Assembly: GCF_006345805.1 (NCBI RefSeq) | Contig: NC_042997.1 | Span: 94,054,001 to 94,118,000 of the forward strand | Source: Octopus sinensis | Taxonomy: Eukaryota | Length of the DNA stretch: 64,000 nt | Direction of reading: 5' to 3' | The notes under the pieces: model-generated | The model's input: the letters and a program-made list of their open reading frames with translations, nothing else | Told to the model about the DNA's origin: nothing | Databases searched by the model: none | In this document: positions 27,139 through 42,316 of the stretch, piece by piece | How positions within the stretch are numbered: position 1 is the first letter of the stretch | How the letters are laid out: the number at the start of each line of letters is the position of its first letter | Program-made: the position numbers and the translations under genes

Positions 27139-28864
27139 CGACGACGACAACAACAATTCCCTTCAACCACTGCTCACTCCATCACCAACAAGTGAAAAAA
27201 TAACGACGACAAGCAAACGAAATGCCGAAATTTGCGCTAATGCAGGACTAAATTACGCAGGCAATTTTCCACACCTTGCTTGTTGCATAATCAGCAACCA
27301 CAAACCTACAACCCACACCCCTGCCATCAACACCAACACCACCAGCAGTAACAACAATAACAAAACAACAACAAACTTCGCCGAGGCGATAAAAGAAAAG
27401 GTAACAAAAGTTTCGTTTACTACACAACAGATTAAAGATTGCAGAAACCTTATTACAAATGAAAACGGAAAAATACTCTTACACATACCTCAGCACATAC
27501 TGAATGAGGAAAAAAAAGGACAATTGTATAAAATCACAAATAAAAAAACTAAAAGTCCAGAAAAGGCAAGCACAGACAAAGTCGAAAAGTGCTTACGCCC
27601 CATCTGGGGATACAAGGATTGTGTGACTTGGGCGAACAAGTTCGCACACGTACAGGTGGTTTTTCAGAATGAAGAGTTGGCGAAGAAATTCTCAACGATA
27701 ACCCTTCATTCTGATGAACTAACGTTGACACCGAGTTACCTCGGCCAGAAGGTGACGAAAGTCATTATCAGTGGTGTCCCCCAAGTGACTACAACACTGT
27801 GGATAACATCCGACTTAACATCCGAAATGGAGGACTTAAACATCCTAGATATCGGTGTTTCGGAAAACAAGGACTGGCTGGGAAAGAGAATAGAGTTCCT
27901 CTTCCACATAAGTCAAGAGGACATAAATAAAATCCCCACCCACGTACATCTTGAGGATGGCCGCAAGTTATACGTAGTAGTCGAGGGCAGAAGGCCACGA
28001 TGCTATATATGTGGCAGTGAGGCACACCTCAAAAAGGAGTGCAAATCTGCCGCAAAATTACAACAACAACAACAGCCACAGGAAAAATCACAAAAGCCAG
28101 GATTATTGCCCACACCACAATATGGACAGCTAGTCAAGAAGCTGTATGCGGAAATGCAGGAAAAACAACAAAGAACAAGCCAACCCAACCAAACAACACC
28201 AACACCAGCGCCAAGAACAGAATCATCACCACCAACAACAAATAAACCAATTCCAACACCAAGAATAACAACGAAGAAGACAAGCACCAAGGATGTAGGA
28301 GAGACAATAACCACAACAAACCCCCCAGCAACACCCTCCCCGCGCACCACAACAATATCTACAACCGCACAAACACACCCAGACGCTTTACCCTTGCCCC
28401 CTGCTGATTCCTCAGACTTTTCATCTAACGATGAAAGTTCGACAGAATGGCAAATAGCCACAGGGGGTAAAAGAAAAAGATCAAGAAAAACCAAACAAGA
28501 AATCGCAACCAAAGCAGGGAGATACCTGAACCCTGAAAACTCCATACACAACAAAACAAGCACCAACACCACAAAAACAATGCTATCAGCGATAGACACC
28601 AAAGACTCCAAACTAATGGAGTACATCACAGGATACACAAACATTTGTGAAGATGACTTTAAAAATAGCAATCATCCACGCATTACACCACCCAAACACA
28701 TCAAAATACTACACATCACACAAACACAACACCACAAACTCAAAGCCCTCTTCCCAAATGCTGTAAGGGATTTCCAGAAATATCTGTCCCAAAAACTATA
28801 TAAAAACCTCCTCGAAGACACATCAAAGAACGAGGAAGCCAAAACTTTCGACACAAGTAAGTAA
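26726..28864 (+). CDS. Tx1 ORF1 gag-like protein, 712 aa, CCHC zinc knuckle, Asn/Thr-rich N-terminus
   Basis: ATG at 26726; VEGRRPRCYICGSEAHLKKEC (CX2CX4HX4C); RRM-like region KVTKVIISGVP; no internal stops. Confidence 0.85.
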
Positions 28865-28914
28865 CTCTCTGTACTTTCATTTGTGTGTTTTAAAGCACAC
28901 ACCCCAATAGAATC

Positions 28915-31900
28915 ATGGTCAAGATTGGTTGTGTGAATGCGCGTGGCTTGGGGTCTCCTTGGAAACAAGGATACCTCCTAAATGACATCAAGTCACATGA
29001 TTTGGGAATCATAGCCATAAGTGAGACCAGACTCCACGAGCCACGGGCCCTAAAGTCCATGTTTGGCGGACAGTTTAACATTTATTTCGCTCCCTGTCTG
29101 CCGAGGATGGGCGGTAGTGGCACCGCGGTACTTTTTCACAAGAGCCTGGATCTCGAAGTCAAGACGATATTCGTAGACCCGGAGGGTAGGCTGATCGTTC
29201 TGGATGTTGACGGCAGCAATGGGCGCGCTTTTCGACTCGTATCAGGTCGGGCGGATTTCTTTCGACGTCTAGAAGTATTCTTGGGAACGTCTCGTCCTTT
29301 ACTCTTAGTGGGGGATTGGAATGCTACCTTGGACACGCATCTAGACTACGTGGGTAGAGACAGAAACAGAAGGGGATGCAAATGCCTCAGAGACCTGCTC
29401 AGACGATTCCAACTGTCTGACAGGTACCGACTCGACCACCCAAATGCACCAACGTGGACATGGAGCAACCGCAGTGGGTCGTCGAGATCGTATCTAGATA
29501 GGATACTGTGTAGGACAGTAGACAAGGATAACTTAGGATGTCCACAATTCCACACAGTCAGCTACACGGATCACAAATTGGTGACGTGTACGCTAGACTT
29601 AGATAAGGCACATAGACAGGGTCCTGGGTACTGGAAACTGAACGCCTCATTCCCGTCCAGACAAGTTTTCAGAGACCGGTTTAGCACACTAGTAAAGAGG
29701 GCTTTGACGGGAGCCATCATCAACAAAAATGGTGGTTTGCCCTCAAGAGAGCAGTAAAAGCAGAAGCGATTAGGTACAGCAAAGCACTAGCCATAGATAG
29801 AAATAGAGTAGAGGGTGAGCTAGTTAAGAAGCTAGAAGAGGCAATTAGAAGCGGCATCGCATCCGACGTTTTGGCGGTGAGGTTGGCCCTCGACCAACAC
29901 TTCAACGCCAAACACGAAGGATGTGCTGTCAGAGCTAGGATGCGTGCTCTAAGGAACGAAGGTGTTGGAGCCGCGAGAGAGCCCGGGTGGCAGAGGCGCA
30001 ACAGAGCAACAAAGCCACCATTCGGTCACTGGTAGATGAACAGGGGCGCGAATTGCTCGAGCCAAGTAAAATGTGTGAGGCCTTTCAGCAGCATTTTGCC
30101 CGACTGTTCGGGACGAGTGGAGGGCAAGAACGTAGGGTGGACTTCAGTGCCTACCTACATAGCCTGCCACGACTCTCGACAAGAAAGGCAGGGTGCTGCG
30201 AAGGTGCCATCACGGCGGCGGAAGTGCAGGAAGCGATAGCAGAATGCTCGAGGGACAAATCACCGGGTTTGGATGGTCTACCCTACGAGTTTTACAATTG
30301 TATGCCAGACTTGTTTGGAGACTTCTTGGCAGCGGTATACTGCAACTGGCAGCAAAACGGGAGCATACCCGGTTTTGTGAGTCGAGGAGCTGTAACTCTG
30401 CTGAAGAAAGATCCAAACAAGGGAAACATTATAGATAACTTTAGACCAATCACGCTGCTCAATGCAGACCTGAAAATTTTGACAAAGGTGTTAGCCAAGA
30501 GGTTGGCGCTTGTCATCGAGAAACTGGTCGACAACGCACAAACGTGCGCCGTGCCGGGCCGGAGCATCCATGACAACCTCCATCTGATGCGCTACATCAT
30601 AGACAGGGTAGTTAACGAACCTGGCATGGGTGGGACCCTGATCAACTTGGATCAATCGAAAGCCTTTGATAGGGTAGACCATCGATACTTGGAGGCAGTC
30701 CTGAGAGCGGCTGGTTTCGGTCCCGTCTTCCGCGGCTGGATAGCTGCCTTGTACAGAGGCATCCGTTCGGTAATTCGCGTAAATGGACATCTATCGAGAC
30801 CTTTCGACATTGCACGTTCGGTCCGTCAGGGATGCCCCCTCTCGGCGCTTCTATACGTATTGACTCTTGAGCCACTACTGCGGAAGCTGGCGACTCTAAG
30901 GGGCATCCCGCGAGAATTGGGATGCGGGACGAGCGTGTCTGCATACGCGGACGACGTCACCGTCATAGTGTCAAGCCACGAGCACATCGAGCGGGTCGGC
31001 GAGACACTGAAAGCCTACGAAGCGGTGACAGGCGCAAAAATCAACCGGGAAAAGTCAGTGGGCTTGCGGCTCGGCACCTGGAGAAGCAAGCCCATGCCGT
31101 CCACCAGTACCTCCGTCGTGGGACGCTGGACAGACGGCCCGGTTGAGTTGCTCGGGGTCTGGTTCGGTCCGGACCTCCAAATGGAGAAGAACTGGAACGA
31201 GATAACGAGTACGGTGGTCACTCTCGCCCAGCAATGGGCCGAGAGGAAACTGTCCCTAAAAGGTCGGGCGGAGGTGGTGAACGCGTACATCGCGTCCATC
31301 ATCTACTACCACCTGACCGTCGTACCTTGTCCCGACCCTACCATCACCAAACTAGAACGCATCCTCTTCGCTTCTTGTGGAAAGGATGCGTCCCGATGGT
31401 CAGGCGATCCATTTGCTGTCAACACCCGTTAAAAGGAGGGCTGGGCATGCCGTGGTTGATGATGCGCAGACACGCGCTGAGACTGCGACATCTCCGGCTC
31501 TATGTAGACGACGGTGAACAGGTGTGGTCGCCGTTTGTGAGGCACGCATTCCCGCAACTCGTCTCCATGACCGAACTACAGCCGTGGATCAAAAAGAGGC
31601 CGAGGAAGGGCGAATGGCACCGCGAGTGTCGCGTTGCTCTCAAGCAACTCTGCCGTCCCGGGTCGACCTTGAGTGACTTCAACACAACCAAAGCATTCTA
31701 TAGGGGATTAGTGGAGGGGAGGTACGACGACGAGCTCGGGGCAAACCTGGGCGTCGACGAGGAATACCTGACCCGCCTGTTTCAAACGACTTTCGGCCCG
31801 GGACCTATGGACAACTTCCAGAGATCCCTGGCCTGGCGGTGCTACCGAGAAGCGCTACCCGTTCGGGATAAGCTCTATAGGCATGGCTCGAGAAAGACGG

Positions 31901-32329
31901 GGGCCGACCTGCCCGAGATGCGGGCAGAGCGACGAAACCGCTCTGCACGCAATCGTGCAGTGTCCAGCAATTTCCGACCTGTGGGCTTATGTCGAACGAC
32001 TGCTGTCACGTGTGGGACGTGTCGGTTTATCAGCCGAGTCTATCGTTAATATCGTCACGCCTCCTTCTTTCAAACGGGAAGGAAGAGCTATTTTTATCAT
32101 ACTTGTGGCTATGGCGAAAGAATGTATCTGGTGGACGCGCCTGAAAGGATTAGAGACAAACACTTTCCTCTCTGGTCAATCTCTCATCAACTTCTTCAAG
32201 TATCACTTGAAGAGGAAAGTGAGAGTAGAGAGGCAAGTTTTGTCTAGTGAATGTTTTAAAAAAAGATGGGTGAATGTAACAAGGATGGCACGTATGAATG
32301 ACGAAGCCACCTTGACTATGATTCTATGA
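28915..32329 (+). pseudogene. Tx1 ORF2 (APE endonuclease, reverse transcriptase, C-terminal Zn finger) broken by four 1-bp indels
   Basis: CVNARGL, AISETR, VGDWN, SYLDRI, TDH (APE); KSPGLDGLPYEFY, FRPITLLNAD, DQSKAFDRV, RQGCPLS, AYADD (RT); CPRCGQSDETALHAIVQC. Frameshifts near 29727, 29980, 31369 and 31900. Confidence 0.9.
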
Positions 32330-32677
32330 ACCATAAAAATTAATACAGAGAGTTGCTTATTTGCAAAAAAAAAAAAAAGAAATATAACATGTGACTTCAT
32401 TGACCGAGGTTACCGTGGTCTTTTCCGTAGGCTTTTCTTTCCACGGGTAAACCTCACCTGTCCTCCCCTTTACACTTCATATTGACATTTCTGTGATAAC
32501 GATCCCTATTATTCATTTTTTTTTCTCTCCCCCCCTTTTTTTTGTCCTTTTTCTTCCCTTTTACGATCCCTTTTGATCGAAAACCACCACTCTCCTTTTT
32601 TTTTACCCCCAAAAGAAAAGCTCTACCTTGTAATTTGTTCTATCTGTGTGCAGCCCTGTGTGGCTAATAAAGAAACA

Positions 32678-32740
<63 letters not shown>

Positions 32741-32912
32741 ATATCTATCTAGCTAGCTAGCTAGCTAGCTAGCTATCCATCAATTTATCATCATATCTGA
32801 GGAGGATAAAACGTTGACTTCGAGCCGAATGTGTAACGCAGTAGGTTATAGGAACTATAACTGAGTCCAAAGTTCGCTGGTAATGCATACTTGTACATTT
32901 TGATGATGATGA

Positions 32913-32992
<80 letters not shown>

Positions 32993-33015
32993 ATAATAAT
33001 AATAATAATAATAAA

Positions 33016-33535
33016 AGATGCAGTACCAGGCAGTGGCCCTCGTGGCTTCTGATCTTAACTGATTGGAAGTGTTATCATGTCCATTGTTATGTCTTGGTAT
33101 AAAAGATGGGCCACAGCAAATATTTTGCTCAGTAACACAGATTTGCACGTCAGTTGTTTGACCTTAACCAGTTGAGCATATTCCTTAGTGACCGACAACA
33201 TGTGCATCGCTGATCACGAGCAGAAGTAGTGGGGGAGCACCATAGCTATGTGTTGAGAGGAATTCTGTGGGGTTTGAATAATTCACCTCTGGAAACATGG
33301 GTGTTTTGTTCAACATCACTAAACAACCTTTATTCAGGAACCTTTTGAGCGGGATGGGTTACTCGACAAGAACAAAATTCTAACTGGGTCCCCACCTGCA
33401 AGGTCATGTGCTGTTTATCTTGATATGAGATCACCATGTCGCGCACATATGGTTGTGATGCATGTGTCTAGTGTACCCTTATTAGACGGGTAGTCATGAT
33501 GGGTGTACTGGGCTTCGTATATTTTACCCCAGTGA
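33016..33535 (-). mobile_element. Interspersed repeat, probably a LINE/SINE 3' region, with (TAA)n(TAG)n tail at 32901-33013
   Basis: GC-richer ~520-bp block abutting a compound trinucleotide tail; family not identified. Confidence 0.35.
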
Positions 33536-33557
33536 AGACAAAGAGACAATATATATA

Positions 33558-33595
<38 letters not shown>

Positions 33596-35064
33596 CTATA
33601 TATTAAGTTGTATGCGGGTTAGACCTGACCTATATTAGTATTGTGTAAAGAGATATATGTGAGTATATTCTATTTCACTCATATGTCTCTATATTATATT
33701 ATATTTTAATTATTCAAGTTTATAATACTGTATTATCTGGTTCTGTTTTGTTTTCAAGAAACTGTATGTATATAAGAAGTGTATATGTGTATAAATAGAT
33801 ATATAATATATTTTTTATGTTACTTTCCTTTGATTTTTTATTTCTGTTTCTCAAAATAATATATATGTAAGAACTGTATGTGTCATATGTTTATACATAC
33901 ATGCATACATACATACATACATACACACACACAGACACACACACACATACAGACACTCATATAAGTATATATATGTATATATGTGTGTGTCCATATATGA
34001 ATAAATACATATGTGCATGCATAAAAAATATACTGACTACTTTCTATGGGGGTTAGATATCAAATCCCACATATATTAATATTGATATAAACAGTAAAAA
34101 TAGTAAGAATATATGTAAGAAACGCATATATATATATATATATAATATATATATATATATATAAATATATGTATATATATCTTCGTGTGTGTTTTTGTTT
34201 TTGTGTTTGTCAACCATGACCACCATCACCACCACAATCTGACAACCAGTGCTGGTTTGTTTACGCCACGGTAACTTAGCCGTTCGTTACAGGACCCAAT
34301 AGAGTAAGTACCTAGTTTCGAAACGATAACTACTGAGATTGACTCGTTTGAATAAAACTCCTTACGGCGGTCCCTGTATGGCTGCCGGACTGTGATTGGA
34401 AAAGTAAAACATAAAAGATATGTATGAGCACACGCACACACACACATACATACACACAAATGCATGTATATATGAGTATATGTCTGAGTGTGTCTGTGTC
34501 GGTGTGTTACATTGAAGTGTGACTAATTCCATTGTTGTCCTCAGTTATGTCGGCATAGTTGCTTACCTCTGGGCAAGATTTCTTAGGGCAGCTGACACAA
34601 GAATTATACTTAGTCAAAAATATGAAGTGTCAGTGTATAATCGTGAAGCTGTTTTTAAATCCAGAATGCTTGATAATCGGGGTTACTAGTTCGAAATCTT
34701 TTTGAATTAAAATCCACAATTGCTTCTTTTAAGTAGATTTCCGATCAGAAGCAATCGAGATGCTTATCAGAGTATATAGATTCATATTTCTGCTTTTAAT
34801 TATGATATATGGACGATTGTACATGGATTTTTTATCGGACAGGTTAGGCATGATTTTCTAGATTACGATACTTAGCTTTGTATCATTTACCGGATTTCGT
34901 GCAAGTTTTGTTATTGGCTTCATTAACAGGATATGGGCTATAGTTTCCCTATATATAAAGATATTTAAAAATTTTCTACGTATTCTCTTCATACACTAAT
35001 CAGTTTAATCTCTTTGCTTGCTTCTAAACATTTTTTAGAGCCATGATTGTGACTGTGACAAAGT

Positions 35065-35089
35065 AATAATAATAATGATGATGATAATG

Positions 35090-35156
<67 letters not shown>

Positions 35157-35172
35157 CGATAGTGATGTTAAC

Positions 35173-35210
<38 letters not shown>

Positions 35211-35269
35211 TGATGATGATCATGATAATGATGATGATAGTAATGATGATGATGATAATAATAATAATG

Positions 35270-35335
<66 letters not shown>
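35065..35335. repeat. Compound (AAT)n/(GAT)n trinucleotide microsatellite
   Basis: Direct inspection; source of the poly-I/M/Y/H ORFs. Confidence 0.95.
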
Positions 35336-35784
35336 TTGTTGTTTCTGCCTCGACAAGATATGGCATATATTGTCCGTGCAATTTCAAAATATTCATCGGA
35401 TTATGTTGTAAGCTGAACGGATTTTTTTTGCGTGAGCTGTTTTCTTAGCGAGTTAAGCTTTTACAAAAGGAAAAAAAAGATTCGAGTGAAAGATCTTGTT
35501 TTTCATACTGATAAATGTTCAAACATGGCAACTAAGACACTATACATGCCGAAATTACAATAAATAATAATGATAATAATAATAATCATAAAACATAGAG
35601 TAATAACAATAGACGCTGACGTGGCTGTGTGGTAAGAAGCTTGCTTCCTAACCACATGGTTCCTGATTCAGCCCCACTTCACGGCACCTTGGCAAGTGTC
35701 TTCACGGCAAGTGTCTTCTACCATAGCCTCGGACCAACCAAATCCTTGTGAGTAGATTTGGCAGAAGGAAACTGAAAGAAACAC

Positions 35785-35828
<44 letters not shown>

Positions 35829-37285
35829 ATATATATGTGTATGTGTGTGTGTGTGTGTATTGTGCGCGTCCCGCTACCGATTGGCAACCGATGTTGGTGT
35901 GTTTACGTTCCCGTAGCTTAGCGGTTTGGCAAAAGAGGCCGATAGAATAAGTACCAGGCTTAAAACTAAGTCTTGGAGTAAAATCATTTGCCCAAAATAT
36001 TCTTCAAGATGGTGCTTCAGCATGGCCATAGTCTATTGACTGAAACAAGTAAAAGATAAAGATACCAGTTATGTTATCAAAACAAATTAAATAGTTTTAC
36101 TTTGGAAGAATACACAGGAAATATAAATTTCTTCCGCAAATACATAAGGATAAGCATGTTAAGCAAGTCGATATACAAGAAATATCAGAGAATCTATTAA
36201 ATGATAAGTTATGAAGGCGAAAAATGGTTAATGACTCTTTTAGACCTATCTTACACTTGCCGATATTTACATTTTATGGGGAAGCTTCGCTTCCTATGGA
36301 CAAGGACAGTGGGTATGGAATATTTTGAGATTAACCATTCTCCGCCTTAATAACTCCTCATTACTTAATTAATTCTCTGGTGTTAATTGTTTTTGCAAAC
36401 ACAGGTGCTAATAATCTTTCACGCACTTTGTTAACTCTATGTAATCTCATAACTTTAAGGATCCATACCCCAAATAACCTTAAACTAAGACAAAGTAAGC
36501 CTAGCAAACAACTACTTATAAAATACTACCCATCTCTTATTCTTTTTCATACACACATTTCCAATTTCTTCAAAATCCACTACTTCTCACTTCCCGCTTA
36601 GCCTCCCCACTCTCCCCACTTTTAAAAAGTACTTAACACTACTCCACTCCTTTGAAAACTAGCCGATCTACCTCTACCCCTCCCTATTCACATCTCTCTA
36701 TTCAACTAGGTATATCTTTCCACACCACAACATCCCCCTCTAATATCAACCCAATTCCTTTGTCCCACTAACAACTACTATTTTGACCACCTACTCACCC
36801 CTGCTCCATCCCCCTTCTCCTCTCATCCTTTTCTATATACCTTACCTTTCTGCCTCAGCCAGTGAACCAGTCAGCATATTTCCCTCAAATAATGGCCATT
36901 CGCATTTTCATTATCTCTATAGCCTTCATACAAACTAATACAAAGTTTACCATTCACACACAACCTAAACTACCCTTCCCTCTTCCTCCTATTTCTTTTT
37001 GAGCTTTACAACTTATAATTTATTTGTACTGTTATTTTAAAAAATATTTCAAAATCTTTATATCATACAAATAAATTATTCATACATCCATCTTTCTCTA
37101 TTTTCTTTCTTTCAATATTAATTATATGTTTTACTATAATAATTCTTAACCTATCGCAGAGACTTTCTCATTATATCATAGAGACTAACAAGTGGAATGA
37201 TTGAGATTATATAATCCCTAATGTGGATCTAACATCCTCGAATTGAATGACTATATATACATACATACATACATACATACATACA

Positions 37286-37319
<34 letters not shown>

Positions 37320-40300
37320 CATACATACATGTATATATGTTTGTGTGTGTGTTTGTGTGTATGTGTGTGTGGAAAGCAAATCTCTTACAGCTAATCAAAC
37401 TTTTAAGGGAGAAAATTACACCATAATCTAATATAGTTATCTTTTGCTTTTTCTGCTACCAACAAAACCGTTTTCTGTGTGACATCAAAAAGAAGACGTG
37501 GTACACTCATGTAATCATATTACATACTTCCTTACCCGAGATGTTTATCTAGCTCTGACAGCATCTGACGTTGTGGTTAGAGTTTTGTGTTGGGCCTACG
37601 ATCATAAGAACGTATGTTCGTTTCAGGGACAGACTGGTACGTTGCATTTTGATCACAGTAATTTGTTTCACGTTCCTTCAATATACTCACCTTTGGTCCA
37701 TTATATACGTTATTGAATTTTATGAATTATTAAGATCGTAAACATATTATATCGCTGCACCGTCTAGACTATCGGATGTTGTTATACATCACTGGCTACA
37801 ATGCGCCTCCTCTCCTTGTAGCTTTTGAATGATACCATTCTTCTGGCTCGGCGGGCAGCACAACATCCCCTACTGAACTGATCACTTGTGCATCAAAGGG
37901 TTTCCAATTTACAACTAAATGGACTGGAGCCACGTAAAATGCAATGTTTTGCTCAGAAGTGCAACACTGGTCTGGAAATTGAAACCACAATCTTGGGAGC
38001 GTGAGTGTAATACCCTATCACTGTGACAAGCACCTTCACACATAAATATGAATTTATCGATAATGGTAGCACTTTGCATAGTACGTATCATGTGTCTGTT
38101 AATGTTACAGTAGTTACGTTTTGTGGTTTGGGAATTACGGAATGTTAATCTATCCATTGGTTCTAGTCCTATCTTTCTATTTGTTCTTCCACATACTACA
38201 CCAATCGTATTTCAAACTCAACCCTTCTATTTATTTTCATTCCTAAGACGTTATATTTTAGAAGTTTCTTCAACACTTTCAAGAAGATCTGTTGTTATTG
38301 AAATTCTTGTTACAAGGTATTTTTCCTTTCGTCTGTTTCGTTTTAACAAAAAAATATGAATAATTTCATTTGCCTATTTTAAGGTGGTATTTAATAATGG
38401 CTTGTTCGAAAAAGAAAGGACAACACAAAATATACTTGCATGGTTTCCAAGGCTGGCGAGAAGAAGGGAAGGGTGAAACTTTTTTCTTTGACTGGAAGCA
38501 CGGCTTGAATGATTTCAACACGTAGGACCCCTATGAAGCAACTAAGGACCAATTAGTGGGATTAAGCCAGGTGACGATTAAATCTGTCGTGGAAATAAGG
38601 CTTACTGGAGTTTCTAACTTCTAAGTTTTCCTCACAAAGGTTTGATCAAGTGTCAATGACATTGGAATCTTGTTCATTAAGCACCGCTGTGGTATCGAAC
38701 TCGAAACTTCGTAGGTACAAAGCAAATTTCTGAAACACTAGCTATATTTACTAATATGTCACAGATTGCTGTCATAGTGTTGTGAGACTCTTATAGAAAA
38801 AGATTTCCCTGTATGCTTTGCATTTTACATTGATTTTGTTATGTCTTGTTATGCATGGTAACAAAGCAATCTATATTCTGAAGATATCACATATTTCAAA
38901 GATAGCCTCCTCTTACAGCTGAGACTTACTCGCGCATGTTTGTGAGATGTTGACAGCAATAATGTTAACTAACAAGTGTTAACATATACGTATATACATA
39001 TTATATATGTGTGTATGTTAAAATTAGACCAGAAATAGAAGCAAGTTTATATTAAAAGCAAAAAACTGTCGTACCGTAAATGCAAAAGGTGTTCTGTATT
39101 TGAGAAGTTCTGATTTTGAAATCATTTGTTCAACACGCCATTCAATTTTTTCTCTTTGTCGTTCTCTCGCTCTCTCACGCTATTCTACTCCAAAAAATAC
39201 ACACAAACATTCTTTCGATAGATGTGGAAAAATGCATTTGCCAAATACACATTGCGCACTAAAAGTAGTGGAAGTTTGGTGCAACAAACTTTCCCCACAC
39301 TCACCAAAATCAAAAGAAAAAAAATTAAATTGTAACTAGCTTCTCTCCAATAGTAACGTTAAAACATATAATCTTCGCTTACTGGCAACAATAAACAGTA
39401 AAGGATTTTGTTGATGTACAACATGGAGTACTACATAAATAATTCCTGAAATGATATTGGTAAACCTGAATAACCTTGTAAAAATTATTCAAATGACATT
39501 CTGTTGTTAATCTTGTTCAGCAACTGCAAGTAATTAATTCATTAAATTCAAAGCGTTAAATTCTGTGTTCTGATTTTCGATAATATGCCTTAATACAAGA
39601 AGACACCAGCTACTTTAATGCCTACTGATTAGTATATGTTATAACAAAATGTATTTTGTAAAAAAAACAGTAAAACATTTCGTTGTGTGTATGTACCTTG
39701 TAAATCGTATTTTTAAAATATCCCTTTCGAGACATTATTATATTTAAGCGGTTTTATTATGGCTCAACTTTTGTAATAGATGCTATAAAATATAACATTT
39801 ACTGAAATGTTTCTGAATCTCTCGACCACAATAATCTACTTCTGGAACCTGTGTTCTCATAAACTAAGTATTTTATAGAAATAAAAAGTTTCTTACGTAA
39901 GCACAAAGCCAGAAATATTAGGACCTAAAATTTGTCGATTATAAAACAATAGTTGACAAGCTCTTTACTTTATCAGGGGAAACGACCAGACTAACATCGG
40001 CAGGATTTAAATTTAGAGAATAACGAACCGAATATATACTACAACGTAGCTTATTTAGCGGTTGAACCCATCTCCCAATCTACCAACCTATTTTTAAAGT
40101 ACTTTGTCTGAAACACTAACGCTTCTACCAGCTCGCCTTCTTTTGTCTGGCTTTAACCAAAACAATCGCTTCTAATTTAGATTCAAGGACAGTAGTTTTG
40201 ATAAAAAGGGTTGCAAGATCAAATCGACTCAAATACTTGTTTATCGACACTCAATAGTTGAAAAGCAAAGTAGACCACGGTGGGATTTGTGAGTAGTACC

Positions 40301-42157
40301 TTAAGACCCGTGTAAAGCATTTTGCTCTATGTTTTAACTATTCTGCCAACCTACTGCCCTTTGATTTTAACCGATATAATGCGTAGATAAATGTGTTTGG
40401 TTAGGTACATATGATTTCAAATTTTGTTACAAGGTCAGCAATTTTTGGGGAAGGGGCTAGTCGATTGCATCGAGCCCACTGAACAACTGGTACTTATCAA
40501 ACCCGGAAAAATGAAAGGCAACGTCGATTCCACCAGCTTGCTGTGCTTTTTGTTTTGCTTATATATTTATACGAGAGATATAACAGTCATTCCAACTTGA
40601 CTAAGTTCAACTTCAAGGTTGCAAATTTGCAGAACGTTTAAGATAGAGTGCTTTGCATTATTCGTTCCAGCTAACGTCACCCTTAATTCGAAACTAGCCG
40701 AGGTGAAACCTAGCTTTCATTTCCCTAGGGATAAATAAAGTTACTAGTTCACTAGTGGAGTGATTTCTTCTTCTTTTTTCTCTTTCCTTCATTTCTAGCC
40801 TGGATCTTTTCAGCTTAATTCCGCCAGACAAGTACAGCAACAAGTTTTCACGGAATACTCAGCACTTATGCGTTGATTGTATAAGTAGAAACTCGAACAA
40901 CTGAATGAACATCGTCGACATCAAACATTAAACCTAAGCATATTCAAAGTCTCTTTCTAGTACATATTTACACAGCATAAATATATCAGTATCTCAGAAA
41001 CACAAATAGTAGCAATTTGAATACTATAATGAGTCGTAACAGCTGCTTCTTAGCATATGTAATATTTAACGTTTATATATTCTCACAATAACTAATATTC
41101 ATCGAATGAAGCGTATTTATTGCAATACATATTCCGAAATTTATTCTTTGTTAAGCAAAGAGCACAAAGAAATCTGTGTTAATATTTTGATAATAATCCT
41201 GTTGAGAAGACCTATAGCACTAATGCAATTTACTTCATAAAATTACATTTTCTACGTAAAGTTTATCAAATGGTAAAATTGACACAGCTACTCACACATA
41301 GGTTATTTTTCGATCAGAAGCTTAAACTATAGTTTCAACGAAAATGGACAATATAATAGAGTTATTATCGCATTATATCTGGAATGGCGCACATTATTTT
41401 GATTAATGGCATCCAAGCTAGCTTTGAAGACAATAGACAATCGAAAAATCTGATTTCTATGGGCTATCGACATGCAATGACATTCTGTTTTGATTTCGCT
41501 TTCATTCGTGTAGAATAATATATGCTGACGTGTCCCTGGTCAATAATGATTAATAATAGTGGAGAAAGAAGACCACTACACCATAATTCCAAAAGTAACA
41601 ATAAAAATTAATTGCAAACTTATTAAATATTCCCCACTTATTAACTAATTTTCAGTAGACTTTAGGCTGGCTTTGTATTTGATTCTATCGAAGCTGCTCC
41701 ATATACTTGTCTGTGTGTTTCAGATTTTGAAATTTCTCATAAAATCTGAACTAAATATTGTGATTAGTTCCCCGGACATTTGTGCTCATTAATTGAGTGG
41801 TGAACTTCTGCTCTTCTAAAATTATGCTTCGAACACTGATTTCCATCATTTGTTCAAACTTTCATATCTCAAAGTTTTAATGCGGCGCTGGGAAAAACTA
41901 AGACGAATTTGGACATAGAAATAATGAATTATTAGAAACAGCTTGCTTTATGTGCGGGAACTTCAAAACCACTAGGCAGAGGCGTACTTGTGTGTCAAGA
42001 AGCTTGCTTCACAACCACGTGGTACCAGGTTCAGTCCCACTGCGTGGCACTATAGTCTTGGGTGACCGAATCCTTCTGAGTGGATTTAGCAGACAGAAAA
42101 TGAAAGAAGCCCGTCGGGTGTATATATATATTATATATATATATATATATATATGTA

Positions 42158-42316
42158 TATAAGAATTTTTTGCGTAATAAGATAAAAAAAACAAGGCTGT
42201 GTAGATATTAGATCATTTATAAATTTATAGAAGCTGTAAGACCTTCTATCTATAAATGCTCTAATATCTACACAGCCTTGGTTTTTTTTTATCTTATTAC
42301 GCAAACAATTCTTATA
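42158..42316. mobile_element. Palindromic MITE-like element in (TA)n
   Basis: ~62-bp near-perfect inverted arms (tataagaatt..gcgtaataagataaaa..caaggctgtgtagatattaga). A partial second copy lies at ~4620-4678. Confidence 0.7.

Larger units (their letters stand above)
26509..32677 (+). mobile_element. Near full-length Tx1-clade (L1 group) LINE inserted in an (ATCT)n microsatellite
   Basis: Two-ORF structure; 3' end ctaataaagaaacat followed directly by (ATCT)n; (TCTA)n of ~130 bp directly upstream of the 5' end. Confidence 0.85.

Noticed and set aside
37796-37990. Protein-like 64-aa minus-strand ORF
   Set aside because: Overlaps an old tRNA-derived SINE (head at ~38040-37915) and its tail.
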